The notes: generated from the letters alone by a model not told the origin. DNA of 32,000 bases from Erysipelothrix larvae (GCF_001545095.1 NZ_CP013213.1:360001-392000), one strand, 5' to 3'. Positions 1-9,526 are shown, numbered from the stretch's first letter. A program made the numbers and translations.

Positions 1-333
1 GCAAAGGGTCGTCGTATTATCGCAGTTGGAACAACATCGGTTCGAACCCTTGAAACGATTCTAAAAAAATATGGGGCGTTTAAGGCATGTGAAGGCGATA
101 GTGATATCTTTATCTATCCAGGATATACTTTTGAAGGGGTGGATGCAATCATTACAAATTTCCATTTACCAAAGTCGACCTTAGTGATGTTAGTGAGTGC
201 TTTTGCAGGGAAGTCAGTGATTGAACATGCGTATCAACATGCAATTGATGAAAAATATCGCTTCTTTTCCTTTGGTGATAGCATGTTTTTACAAGAACCT
301 GCCAAAGGGGTGTGTCGTAAAACTATAAAATAG
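1..333 (+). CDS. queA: S-adenosylmethionine:tRNA ribosyltransferase-isomerase QueA, C-terminal part (5' end lies outside the window)
   Basis: Frame 1 is open from base 1 to TAG 331-333. The translation [18 protein letters not shown]...[18 protein letters not shown]...[11 protein letters not shown] matches the conserved QueA C-terminus. Confidence 0.9.
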   Translation, partial: AKGRRIIAVGTTSVRTLETILKKYGAFKACEGDSDIFIYPGYTFEGVDAIITNFHLPKSTLVMLVSAFAGKSVIEHAYQHAIDEKYRFFSFGDSMFLQEPAKGVCRKTIK

Positions 334-342
334 TGATATAAT
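334..342 (+). promoter_or_regulatory. Candidate extended -10 element (TGaTATAAT) for the downstream operon
   Basis: TGATATAAT sits directly after the queA stop, about 27 nt upstream of ATG 369. There is no good -35, so this is a pattern match only. Confidence 0.3.
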
Positions 343-368
343 AAGGAACAGTAGAGGGTGAGTTGTAT

Positions 369-872
369 ATGGAAAAATTAGAAGTTAAAAAAATATTTCG
401 ACGCATTGTATTGTTTGTGTTTCTTGGACACTTTGTCTTAAGTTTCATTCACTTACTTGTGTTTTATATGGGACATCCTCTGTTTGATATGCTCAATGAG
501 TTTCCAATTTGGGTTCAAGTAGTGGGGGTATCCCTTTGGAACTTTATCGCATATGTAGTAGTGGGAATCATTTTGGGTGTGAACCGAGACGATCAACCCC
601 TGTACTATTTATTGTTGGATCGTGCATTAATACTCTTAGCGTTGTTTTTAATCTTAGTATATGGTGCGATTTATATTTCAACCTATTGGTATACTTTACG
701 AAATATATGGTTAATCTATAGTTTACTGAATGCGTTATTTGGTACGTATATGTACCGTCTTCCTACAGAAAGTATTCTGTCATTGTGGTGGGTTGTCTCA
801 ACAATCGTCCCATCAATCGCAATGTTTGTGGGCGCTTTGATACGCATGCACTTTGAGGAGAAGAAATCATGA
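369..872 (+). CDS. Hypothetical polytopic membrane protein (about 5 TM segments)
   Basis: ATG 369 is preceded by GAGGGTGAG. The product is strongly hydrophobic with several helix-length segments. The stop overlaps the next start (ATGA at 869-872). I recognise no family. Confidence 0.6.
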   Translation: MEKLEVKKIFRRIVLFVFLGHFVLSFIHLLVFYMGHPLFDMLNEFPIWVQVVGVSLWNFIAYVVVGIILGVNRDDQPLYYLLLDRALILLALFLILVYGAIYISTYWYTLRNIWLIYSLLNALFGTYMYRLPTESILSLWWVVSTIVPSIAMFVGALIRMHFEEKKS

Positions 873-1207
873 AAAATTATTGGTCTGCACTTTTGGTAAT
901 TATCGCAAGTGCACTTGTCTATCATTTACTTGAAAAATTAATACCGGGTGGATTTGGGTGGATCTTAACCTTGGTATACTGTATCTTACTGTTAGTCATT
1001 GGGGGATTTTTACTGCCAGGTAGAAAAAAGAACAATCGATGGTTTGGCAAAGTTGTCATCTCATTGATTGTAGTCTTCATCATGGGAATCCGTTTGGATA
1101 TCTTTGGTGTGTATGAATTCCAACGATTACTAAATTTAGTCGGCTTGAACGGAGTCTTTCTTGATTTACTCTTGGTATATTGTGGATGGGCGTTTTACCA
1201 AGTATGA
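869..1207 (+). CDS. Hypothetical small membrane protein (about 3 TM segments)
   Basis: 112 aa and hydrophobic, with a positively charged loop (GRKKNNRWFGK). ATGA overlaps occur at both ends (869-872 and 1204-1207). Confidence 0.6.
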   Translation: MKNYWSALLVIIASALVYHLLEKLIPGGFGWILTLVYCILLLVIGGFLLPGRKKNNRWFGKVVISLIVVFIMGIRLDIFGVYEFQRLLNLVGLNGVFLDLLLVYCGWAFYQV

Positions 1208-1983
1208 ATTTTTTTAAATTCTATCCAAACCCAGTAGAGGGGGTTTCTGTTGAGCCGTTCACAACAGTCTATATGATTCTATTGGCAATTACGCTTCTCT
1301 TAGTTGGTGTTGTCCTTTGGATTGGATACAACCAAAATCAAATGATGCGTCAAAAAACGATGCGTACGTTAATTTGGGCACTGCCCATCTTAGAATTAAT
1401 CCGTCAAGTGTGGTTAATTCAATCGGGTGGGTACGACTTAACAGAACACTTACCCATTCATCTTTGTGGCTTTATGATTTTTTTAATGCCATTATGGTGG
1501 ATGACACGCAGTAAGTTTTTGGAGAATTTTACCTATTATGCAGGGACCTTTGGGGCACTCATGGCACTTCTTTTTAACTACAACCATGCACCATGGTTTA
1601 ACATTCAAACCTTCCAAACGTTCTTAGTCCATGGTATTATTTTCTGTATTCCAATTTTTAACGTGCTTTATCTTGGGTTTAGACCCCAACGCAAATATTT
1701 TAGAACATCCGTAGTCTGTCTCTTTGGGTTGTCTGCACTTGTCTATGGAATCAATCTGGTATTAGGCAGTAACTACTTCTTCTTAATGGCAGCAGTTGAT
1801 AATTCACCCTTAGCTTTGATTGAATCGATTGTGGGCTATCCTTGGATGCTTCTTGTAGCAGCAGCTGGGATTGTCTTTATATGGTATTTAATGTTTATTT
1901 TCTTTGAGAAAAGTCAACGCAATCGCATGCGTTATGTAGTAAGTAGTGAATATGTTGAACGACATGTTCGTATTATCCGATAA
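1204..1983 (+). CDS. TIGR02206 / YwaF-family integral membrane protein
   Basis: A multi-TM protein of about 260 aa with the LPIHLC motif typical of the YwaF/TIGR02206 family. I prefer ATG 1204 (MNFFKFY...) because it overlaps the upstream stop. Confidence 0.7.
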   Translation: MNFFKFYPNPVEGVSVEPFTTVYMILLAITLLLVGVVLWIGYNQNQMMRQKTMRTLIWALPILELIRQVWLIQSGGYDLTEHLPIHLCGFMIFLMPLWWMTRSKFLENFTYYAGTFGALMALLFNYNHAPWFNIQTFQTFLVHGIIFCIPIFNVLYLGFRPQRKYFRTSVVCLFGLSALVYGINLVLGSNYFFLMAAVDNSPLALIESIVGYPWMLLVAAAGIVFIWYLMFIFFEKSQRNRMRYVVSSEYVERHVRIIR

Positions 1984-2000
1984 ATGAAAGAGTGATGAAT

Positions 2001-2852
2001 ATGCGTAAAATTGTACCGCTGGTTAATTTGAATCAAGTCGAAAACTACCTCAGCAATGGTGTGGATAAAGTCTTAATGGGTTCTTATTTTAGCGCAGCAC
2101 GTCAAGTTGAAGTCTTTACAATCCAAGAAATGATTGAAGTGAATGAGAAAATCCCGGTCGTGGGGTGTTTTAATCGGTTCTATTTTGAACATGAACTCAA
2201 TCAACTGAAACATGAAATTAAGTCTTTAGTTGAAGGGGGCATTGAAGAAATCACGGCATCAGACTTGGCAGTTTTAGAAATTGTGTTTGAACTGGGTCTG
2301 GATGTCAAGGTTATTTTAGATACCGATACAACCATGACCAATATCGACGATGTGAAAACAATGCATGACATGGGTGCAGATGAAGTGGTATTAGGCCGTG
2401 AATTGACCTTGGATGAAATTGTGAGTATCAGCAAAGAAACCAACGTGTGTGGTATGCATTTCTTTGGGTATCAATTGATGAGTGCGTCACGACGTAAACA
2501 TTTAACGCAATATGCGCAATACCGTAATGTCGATATTCGTACAGGTCAACTGTATTGGATGAAAGAAGCCAAACGGGATGCACTTTATATGACCCTTGAG
2601 GATCACTATGGGACACATATCTATGCACCGGATGTTTACTCGGGGATTCATGTCTATCAAACGCTAAAAGAAGCCGGGATTCAAACGTTGTATTTTGATG
2701 TGATGGGACTTGAAATTGAAGATGTTTTGTTTGTTGTACGGTCTTTAGATATTTTAGAGGATTATGATCAATTTGAAACAATCTTAAGTGAGACCTGTGA
2801 TATGGTCTTAACCCATGGATTGTTGTATCAAGAAACTGAAAAAGGGAAGTGA
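2001..2852 (+). CDS. Peptidase U32-family protein, short paralog (YrrN/TrhP1-like) lacking the clustered Cys motif
   Basis: Its length, its position immediately upstream of a canonical U32 gene and its TIM-barrel-like sequence (GADEVVLGRELTLDEI) fit the YrrN type. The start is uncertain (GTG 1992, ATG 1995 or ATG 2001). Confidence 0.7.
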   Translation: MRKIVPLVNLNQVENYLSNGVDKVLMGSYFSAARQVEVFTIQEMIEVNEKIPVVGCFNRFYFEHELNQLKHEIKSLVEGGIEEITASDLAVLEIVFELGLDVKVILDTDTTMTNIDDVKTMHDMGADEVVLGRELTLDEIVSISKETNVCGMHFFGYQLMSASRRKHLTQYAQYRNVDIRTGQLYWMKEAKRDALYMTLEDHYGTHIYAPDVYSGIHVYQTLKEAGIQTLYFDVMGLEIEDVLFVVRSLDILEDYDQFETILSETCDMVLTHGLLYQETEKGK

Positions 2853-2857
2853 TGCAC

Positions 2858-4057
2858 ATGAGTCGTTATGAACTATTAGCACCAGCAGGTGATTTAAATC
2901 GATTAAAGACAGCCGTTGATTTCGGAGCGGATGCTGTTTTTATTGGTGGTAAACAGTATTCGTTAAGATATCGTGCCAGTAATTTTACGCTTGAAGACAT
3001 TCAAGACGGCGCTACATATTGTCATGATCATGGGGCGCAGTTATTTGTAACGGCCAACATGATTTTTCATGATGAAGATCTTGAAGGGTTTACCCAATAC
3101 TTAAAGGATTTAGAACGGATTGGGGTGGATGCGGTGATTGTTGCATCAGTTCAAGCGGTGCGTTTAGTGAAGTCGGTTGCACCAAAACTTGAAGCGCATT
3201 TAAGCACCCAATTATCCACACTCAATTCAAAAGCGGTCAACTTTTTAAAACGCTTAGGTGCAGATCGTGTGGTCTTGGGGCGTGAAACAACCTTGGAAGA
3301 AGTCGATCAATTGATGAAGCATGTGGATGTTCCCATTGAAGTCTTTATTCATGGTGCAATGTGTACCAATTTCTCAGGACGCTGTACCTTGAGTAATCAT
3401 ATGACTTTACGTGATGCCAATCGCGGTGGATGTGCGCAAAGTTGTCGCTGGCGTTATGAAATCTATGATGATCAAAAGGCATTGGTTTCAGACCCTGAGT
3501 GTCTGTTTACGATGTCATCAAAGGATATGCGCACAGCGGAGATCTTACCCGAACTTTTGGCGACTGGAGTGTATAGTTTAAAGATTGAAGGCCGTATGAA
3601 ATCAGAATACTACCTTGCCTGTGTGGTTTCGGCATACCGTCGATTTATTGATACCATTGAAAATGGTGGCGATATTGAGAACGCACGCGCGTTGTGCAAT
3701 GAAGCCTTATTAAAAGCAGAAAATAGAGAAAGCTTCACTGGATTTTATGAAAACAGTGAATTTGGACGTGAAGGGTACATTTATGGTGAAAATGGTCGCC
3801 TTGCAAATCAGGACTTCTTAGGCATTATTCAATCAACGGATGGTGATGAAGTCATTCTCGAAGTGAGAAATCACTTTAAGGTGGGTGAAACCCTGGAAGT
3901 CTTTGGACCAAAGACGAATCATAAAACCTTTGTGCTTGAAACATTAATTAACAGTAAAGATGAAGTTGTGGATCGTGTATTTAGACCCTTAGAAAACGTG
4001 AAGATTAAGGTGCCTTTTGATGTTGAGGACTTTGACTTTGTGAGACGTGCCTCATGA
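2858..4057 (+). CDS. Peptidase U32-family protein (YrrO/TrhP2-like; family includes tRNA U34 hydroxylation factors)
   Basis: The N-terminus MSRYELLAPAGDL and the U32 signature EVFIHGAMCTNFSGRCTLSNH plus GGCAQSCRW are present. Alternative starts are 2849 and 2852. Confidence 0.85.
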   Translation: MSRYELLAPAGDLNRLKTAVDFGADAVFIGGKQYSLRYRASNFTLEDIQDGATYCHDHGAQLFVTANMIFHDEDLEGFTQYLKDLERIGVDAVIVASVQAVRLVKSVAPKLEAHLSTQLSTLNSKAVNFLKRLGADRVVLGRETTLEEVDQLMKHVDVPIEVFIHGAMCTNFSGRCTLSNHMTLRDANRGGCAQSCRWRYEIYDDQKALVSDPECLFTMSSKDMRTAEILPELLATGVYSLKIEGRMKSEYYLACVVSAYRRFIDTIENGGDIENARALCNEALLKAENRESFTGFYENSEFGREGYIYGENGRLANQDFLGIIQSTDGDEVILEVRNHFKVGETLEVFGPKTNHKTFVLETLINSKDEVVDRVFRPLENVKIKVPFDVEDFDFVRRAS

Positions 4058-4767
4058 TTGTTGTTGGGAAAATTAGTGTAAAAGCGATCTTAAAGCATCA
4101 AAAAAGACCCATCTCTAAACTCTATATGCGTCAAAAACGGGCGGACAAAGATGCGAAGTATATTCTAGGCCTTGCGAAAAGTGCGGGGATCCCAGTTGAG
4201 TTTGTCAGTGATGAAGTCTTGTGTGAACTCACACAAACGAAGTCTCATGGGGGTGTCGCAGTTGAATGCGAAGGACGAACTTGTGATAATATAAAGTATA
4301 AAGAATCAATGTTGTATATGTGTGTTGAAGGGTTAAGTGACCCCTATAACATGGGGGAAGTTTTAAGAACCGTATCCGCTTTGGGGTTTGATGGTGTTAT
4401 CACGCCAACCTATGACTTCTATGAACATGAAGCAAAACTCATTCGCGCCAGTGCGGGTGCCAGTGAATCCTTAGTATGGCATTTCAGTGATGATCTTGCA
4501 CAGACGCTAACCCAAATGGGATCAAAAGGGGTACGCATCGTCGGTGCCCATCGAAATGACACCAGTCAATCACTGACACACTACACCTTTAACTCAAAGA
4601 GTTGTATTGTGATTGGAGGCGCTTATCGTGGGTTATCACGAAATGTACTGGACACTGTGCAGGATATGGTGCGTCTTGATTATGATGCACGGGTATCCTT
4701 AAGTACTGTTGGTGCAGTCAGTGTCTTTGCATATGCAGCCTTTATTCAAAAGGAGGGAAATTCATGA
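4054..4767 (+). CDS. TrmH/SpoU-family RNA 2'-O-methyltransferase (RlmB-like)
   Basis: SpoU-type C-terminal motifs are present (VGAHRND..., IVIGGAYRGLSRNVLD, SLSTVGAVSVFAY). There are ATGA overlaps with both neighbours. Confidence 0.8.
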   Translation: MIVVGKISVKAILKHQKRPISKLYMRQKRADKDAKYILGLAKSAGIPVEFVSDEVLCELTQTKSHGGVAVECEGRTCDNIKYKESMLYMCVEGLSDPYNMGEVLRTVSALGFDGVITPTYDFYEHEAKLIRASAGASESLVWHFSDDLAQTLTQMGSKGVRIVGAHRNDTSQSLTHYTFNSKSCIVIGGAYRGLSRNVLDTVQDMVRLDYDARVSLSTVGAVSVFAYAAFIQKEGNS

Positions 4768-6506
4768 AATGTGCGATTGCTCAAATGAGAGTTAAAGCCA
4801 GTCAACCGTATCACAATCTGAAGACCATCAAGCATATGATTCAAAAGGTTCATAATGCTGCGGACTTCATCGTGTTTCCTGAAATGTGCGTGGGTGGCTA
4901 TTTTATCGCGGACCAATATCATCAAAAAGACATGCAAGATCTCTTATTGTCCATGAATCAAGACATCATCAACATGAGTGGTGAGTGTGGTGTGATTTGG
5001 GGTAATATTGATGTTGTCGATGGTAAACTTTATAATGCAGCCTTCTTTGCACACAAAGGAGCGCTTGTTGGCGTGTATCATAAATCATTGCTTCCAACCT
5101 ATGGAGTTTTTGATGATGCACGCTATTTTAAATCAGGGCATAATTTTGAACCCTTTGAGTTTAAAGGAAAGAAAATTGCCATCCAGATTTGTGAAGATAT
5201 GTGGGATGAAACCTATGAGATTTCACCAACCCAAGAAGCATTAAAATACAACCCTGATTACTTAATCAATATTTCGTGTTCACCCTGGATTTTTAAAAAA
5301 GAATCATCACGTTCTGCTGTCATCAACCATAAGAATCTCCCGATTCCATTTGTGTATGTGAACTCAGTGGGTCTTCAAAATACAGGGAAGTCTGTGTTAT
5401 TGATGGATGGGAATTCACAAGTAACTTATAAAGATTCTTGTTATGCATTGAATGATATGTTTGAAGAAGAACTTGCGATTGTGGATTTGGATCATATCAA
5501 AAATGCATCCCCAATAAAAACGCACAAGCTGTATCAAGGCTTGTTGCATGCGATTCGTTACTTTGATGAAGAAGCACTCCCTTATGGACCAAAGTGGATA
5601 ATTGGTGTCTCAGGAGGGCTAGATAGCTCTGTCAGTGCAACCTTACTGACTCATGCTTTAGGTAAAGAGCGTGTAATCGGAGTAACGATGCCCAGTCAAT
5701 TCACCCGGGATATTACAAAGTCCAATGCGTATCATCTGAGTCAAACTCTAGGGTTTAAACTTCATGAAATCCCGATTGGTGATATGGTGGATGCAACCGT
5801 TAAAGGCCTCAAAACATCTGGATACCCAACCGTTGAAGGGCTGACCTTCGAAAACATTCAAGCACGCTTAAGGGGGCATACCTTAATGAGTGTTGCGAGT
5901 CTTGAAAATGGTGTCGTGGTCAATAACGGCAATAAAATCGAAGTCGCTTTAGGTTATGCAACACTTTATGGTGATGCAATTGGTGCCTTGTCAATATTGG
6001 GGGACCTTACAAAACTTGAAGTGGGAGACCTTGCACGTTCGATTAATGACGCAAACAATAAAGAAATCATCCCGCATAATTTGATTCCAAGTGATGAAGG
6101 CGACATGATTTCCTGGGATTTTGCACCCAGTGCTGAACTAGCAGAAGGCCAATTTGATCCGATGAAGTGGGGCTACCATGACCATTTAGTCTTGTATCTG
6201 ATGGGTGGTTCAATCAACGATCTATTGAAAAAGTATCTTGATGGAAGTATTCTTGATACAAACCTTGGGAAATATCTCAAAGCCTATGGCTTAGATGATC
6301 CAGAAGCCTTTATAAAAGATCTAGATTGGGTTTCACGGCAAATGCGAAACGCTGTGTATAAACGCCTTCAAATGCCACCAATTGTACTTGTCAGCGAGCA
6401 AGGGTTTGGGTCGGATTATCGTGAAAGTCAAATTCCTCAATGCATCTCTGATGAAACCCAAGCATTGAAAACACGCGTGCTTCATGAAGGGTTGGGTCAA
6501 CGATGA
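4764..6506 (+). CDS. nadE: Glutamine-dependent NAD+ synthetase
   Basis: The N-terminal CN-hydrolase domain carries its catalytic residues (VFPEM, HKSLLP, IQICEDMW). The C-terminal NAD synthetase domain has the PP-loop GVSGGLDSS. Confidence 0.9.
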   Translation: MKCAIAQMRVKASQPYHNLKTIKHMIQKVHNAADFIVFPEMCVGGYFIADQYHQKDMQDLLLSMNQDIINMSGECGVIWGNIDVVDGKLYNAAFFAHKGALVGVYHKSLLPTYGVFDDARYFKSGHNFEPFEFKGKKIAIQICEDMWDETYEISPTQEALKYNPDYLINISCSPWIFKKESSRSAVINHKNLPIPFVYVNSVGLQNTGKSVLLMDGNSQVTYKDSCYALNDMFEEELAIVDLDHIKNASPIKTHKLYQGLLHAIRYFDEEALPYGPKWIIGVSGGLDSSVSATLLTHALGKERVIGVTMPSQFTRDITKSNAYHLSQTLGFKLHEIPIGDMVDATVKGLKTSGYPTVEGLTFENIQARLRGHTLMSVASLENGVVVNNGNKIEVALGYATLYGDAIGALSILGDLTKLEVGDLARSINDANNKEIIPHNLIPSDEGDMISWDFAPSAELAEGQFDPMKWGYHDHLVLYLMGGSINDLLKKYLDGSILDTNLGKYLKAYGLDDPEAFIKDLDWVSRQMRNAVYKRLQMPPIVLVSEQGFGSDYRESQIPQCISDETQALKTRVLHEGLGQR

Positions 6507-7195
6507 GTTGGAGTGACATTCTCACACGCATCGTAGCTTCTGTGATCTTAGGGGGCATTATTGGGTTTGAACGGGCACGAAAAAACAGACCCGCTGGACT
6601 GAGAACACATATCCTTGTATGTTTGGGGTCGTGTGTTTTTGCACTGATTCAAGTTCAACTCATGCGTGAAACCTTGGAACTGTCACTAACATTGGATCCA
6701 TCATTACGCGATTCCGTCCGTGTGGATGGCAGCCGCATCATTGCCCAAATTGTATCGGGTGTTGGGTTTTTAGGTGCAGGGACCATTTTTGTTCATAAAC
6801 AATCCATTACCGGATTGACCACTGCCGCATCCCTTTGGGCTGTTGCAGGAATTGGAATTGCAAGTGGTATGGGATACTTTGCGATCGCATTTGTGGGTGT
6901 TATAGGGATTATTGGATCACTTTTGATTGTGGAAAATTATGTCCATGTTCCAAAATCAAACCGCATCAAGATAACCTGTAAAGATGAATTCTCGCATCAA
7001 ATGATTGAAGAGCTTCTTAATGTAAAAGGGATTGAACACAATCTTGTGATGATTGATGTTAAGAAAATCAATGAAGAAAAACACCTTCTTCTAATGTATG
7101 AACTCGAATATAAAAACAATCAACAATACTTTGATATCATTGTGAGACTTAAAAGCATTGATGATATCCTATCAATTGAGACATTCCTCATGTAA
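6503..7195 (+). CDS. MgtC/SapB-family membrane protein
   Basis: The N-terminal MgtC-type TM domain (GGIIGFERARKNRPAGLRTHILV..., GVGFLGAGTI) is followed by a soluble C-terminal domain. Confidence 0.85.
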   Translation: MSWSDILTRIVASVILGGIIGFERARKNRPAGLRTHILVCLGSCVFALIQVQLMRETLELSLTLDPSLRDSVRVDGSRIIAQIVSGVGFLGAGTIFVHKQSITGLTTAASLWAVAGIGIASGMGYFAIAFVGVIGIIGSLLIVENYVHVPKSNRIKITCKDEFSHQMIEELLNVKGIEHNLVMIDVKKINEEKHLLLMYELEYKNNQQYFDIIVRLKSIDDILSIETFLM

Positions 7196-7215
7196 GTGTG
7201 AAGGAATGTTTTTTT
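7181..7215 (+). terminator. Rho-independent terminator of the queA-downstream operon
   Basis: An 8-bp stem (ACATTCCT 7181-7188 / AGGAATGT 7202-7209) is followed by a run of seven T. It overlaps the mgtC-family stop codon. Confidence 0.7.
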
Positions 7216-7404
7216 ATTCAAGGGTAGGGTGATGCTTTCCAACACCTAAGATATATGTATAAACGCCACGATTACAAAAAAGACGATGTGTGCTAACAGT
7301 CAGTGATTTGTGTACGACCATCTGGGTGGTTCATCTCGAATCCACAACTGCTTCATTTTTTTATCATGGGTTTAAATTGTCGTGATGTATATATGCCCGT
7401 AAAA

Positions 7405-7459
7405 AAAGCTACAAACGTAAACCGTAGATTAGATCGCGGGTGTGTTGTTTGTAGCTTTA
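7405..7459 (-). terminator. Probable terminator of the glutamine synthetase gene
   Basis: A 12-bp perfect inverted repeat (AAAGCTACAAAC 7405-7416 / GTTTGTAGCTTT 7448-7459) is followed on the minus strand by a T-run. The 31-nt loop is unusually large. Confidence 0.45.
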
Positions 7460-7462
7460 GGT

Positions 7463-9526
7463 TTACACTTTGAATAAGATTTCAGTGTAGGTTGGATATG
7501 GATAGGATTTTTCTGGTAAGAGGAGTTCAACCTCATCACAAAGATCCCGTAAATGAATTAAGTGTGGACGCAGGTTTTTATCCATGGTGATGGCACGGTC
7601 TTTGCATGAATCGATGCCAAGGCATTGAGCCAGCGTTTTTTCACATGCATCGAGTGCATCGCTTAAATCATCGGCCAATTGCACACATTTGTTGACATGT
7701 CCTTGAAGGTATTTACTTGACGTATTTACTTGGGTCTGTGATGTGCGTGTAATCTCATCCACAACAGCAGGTAAAAGTCCACGACGTATCATAGATACAA
7801 AGGTTCTTACTTCTGTGTTGAGTGTTTCAATATGGCGTTCGTATGAAATCTCACTGCGCGCTTCAAGTTCACGACTGGACAAGATTTTCAATGTGCAAAA
7901 GAGGTCCAGTGTTTTTGGGTAAAGCAGGGCAGCGGTTGAATCAATGTAACGGTTTAGGTTTGGTAAGTTACGACGGCGTGCTTCTTCTACCCATGAATCA
8001 TGGTAACCATCCCCATTAAAGATAATGTGTTTGTGTCGTTTAATAATTGATTGACAAACAAGGAGTGGGTTGTCTGGGTTTTGTTCGAGTTCATCTGCGA
8101 ATTGTTCAAGGCTTTCTGCCATGATTGCATTCAGGGTTGTATTCACAAAGGCACCACAGATTGATGACCCTGGCATTCTGAATTCAAACTTCGAACCGGT
8201 AAATGCAAAGGGTGATGTACGGTTGCGATCGGAGCTGTCTTTTGGAAGCTCTTTTAATGAACCTAATGGGGAGTAGTACACTTTATCACTGGCTTTAGAG
8301 ATCACATCACTGTGTTCAAGTTGGTTTAGAATTTCTTCGAGTTCAGAACCCATGAACATTGAAATGATTGCTGGTGGTGCTTCAGAAGCCCCCAGGCGTT
8401 GGTCATTTCCGGATGTTGATGCTGCAAAGCGCAAGAGTGCACTGTGACGTTCAACCGCGCGAAGTAAAGCACAAACGAAGACTAAGAATCGAATGTTTTC
8501 GTGAGGGACTGCTCCGGGGTCAAAAAGGTTAATCCCTGTATCCGTGACAAGGGAGAAGTTGTTGTGTTTTCCAGAACCGTTCACATAGGAGAATGGTTTT
8601 TCATGAAGAAGCGCGACCATATCATGTTTAAGAGCCACGCGTTTTAAGGTTTCCATAACCAGCATATTACGGTCTACCGCAACGTTTGCATCGGAATAAA
8701 CAACCGCAATCTCAAATTGACATGGGGCAACTTCGTTGTGTTCTACTTTGGAATAGATGCCCAGTTTCCACAATTCTTCATTCACATCTTCCATGTAGTG
8801 AACCACATGGGATGGAATGGAACCATAGTAGTGCCCTACAAGCTCTTGGTCTTTAGGGGGACGGGCTCCAAAAAGCGTACGCCCCGTAAAGAGCAGGTCA
8901 TCACGTGAGAAATAGTCTTCTTTTTTGATTAAGAAGTATTCTTGTTCAAGACCTACCATTTGGCGTACGGATTGGACATCGGTATCACCTAAAGCATGAA
9001 GCACACGTTTTGATGCTTGGCTCATCGCGTCCATTGATTTCAGTAGGGGTGCTTTCTCATCGAGTGAGTCACCGTGGAATGAAATAAAGACAGAAGGTAT
9101 AAATAAAACATGACCTCTTAGAAATACTGGTGATGAAACATCCCAATATGTGTAGCCGCGGGCTTCAAAAGTTTGTCTCAGTCCACCATTTGGGAAGCTT
9201 GAGCCATCTGTTTCTCCTTTGATTAAATTCTTTCCTGAGAATCTAAAGATTGGATCACCTTTTGAGTCGGGTTCTAAAAAAGCGTCATGTTTTTCTGCAC
9301 TGGAACCTGTCATTGGTATAAACCAGTGGGAATAGTGAGTTGCACCGTTTTCTAAAGCCCAAGTTTTCATTGCGTGGGCAATTGCGTCGGCAGTTTCTCG
9401 ATCCATCGGTTCTTCTTTGTGAATGGATTGTTTCCATTTCGTATAAACAGGCCGTGGTAAATACTTAATCATTGTTTCTTCATCAAAACATTTGAGTCCA
9501 AAACATTCATAGGGCTTATCAGTCAT
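7463..9526 (-). CDS. glnA: Glutamine synthetase, type III
   Basis: 687 aa. The N-terminus (FGLKCFDEETMIKYLPRPVYTKW...ATHYSHWFIPMTG) and overall length are characteristic of GSIII rather than GSI. Confidence 0.9.
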   Translation of the reverse strand: MTDKPYECFGLKCFDEETMIKYLPRPVYTKWKQSIHKEEPMDRETADAIAHAMKTWALENGATHYSHWFIPMTGSSAEKHDAFLEPDSKGDPIFRFSGKNLIKGETDGSSFPNGGLRQTFEARGYTYWDVSSPVFLRGHVLFIPSVFISFHGDSLDEKAPLLKSMDAMSQASKRVLHALGDTDVQSVRQMVGLEQEYFLIKKEDYFSRDDLLFTGRTLFGARPPKDQELVGHYYGSIPSHVVHYMEDVNEELWKLGIYSKVEHNEVAPCQFEIAVVYSDANVAVDRNMLVMETLKRVALKHDMVALLHEKPFSYVNGSGKHNNFSLVTDTGINLFDPGAVPHENIRFLVFVCALLRAVERHSALLRFAASTSGNDQRLGASEAPPAIISMFMGSELEEILNQLEHSDVISKASDKVYYSPLGSLKELPKDSSDRNRTSPFAFTGSKFEFRMPGSSICGAFVNTTLNAIMAESLEQFADELEQNPDNPLLVCQSIIKRHKHIIFNGDGYHDSWVEEARRRNLPNLNRYIDSTAALLYPKTLDLFCTLKILSSRELEARSEISYERHIETLNTEVRTFVSMIRRGLLPAVVDEITRTSQTQVNTSSKYLQGHVNKCVQLADDLSDALDACEKTLAQCLGIDSCKDRAITMDKNLRPHLIHLRDLCDEVELLLPEKSYPYPTYTEILFKV

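Noticed and set aside
509-2859. Nested or antisense ORFs overlap the membrane-protein and U32 genes (509-721, 716-925, 1317-1514, 2201-2443, 2428-2859).
   Set aside because: They overlap better-supported frames that form a coherent, translationally coupled operon. Their translations are Ser/Leu/His-rich noise.
7822-8908. Several 63-68-aa plus-strand ORFs (7822-8019, 8070-8276, 8717-8908) lie inside the glutamine synthetase gene.
   Set aside because: They are antisense to a full-length, clearly homologous 687-aa CDS. They have no ribosome-binding sites and give low-complexity, non-protein-like translations. They are typical shadow ORFs.
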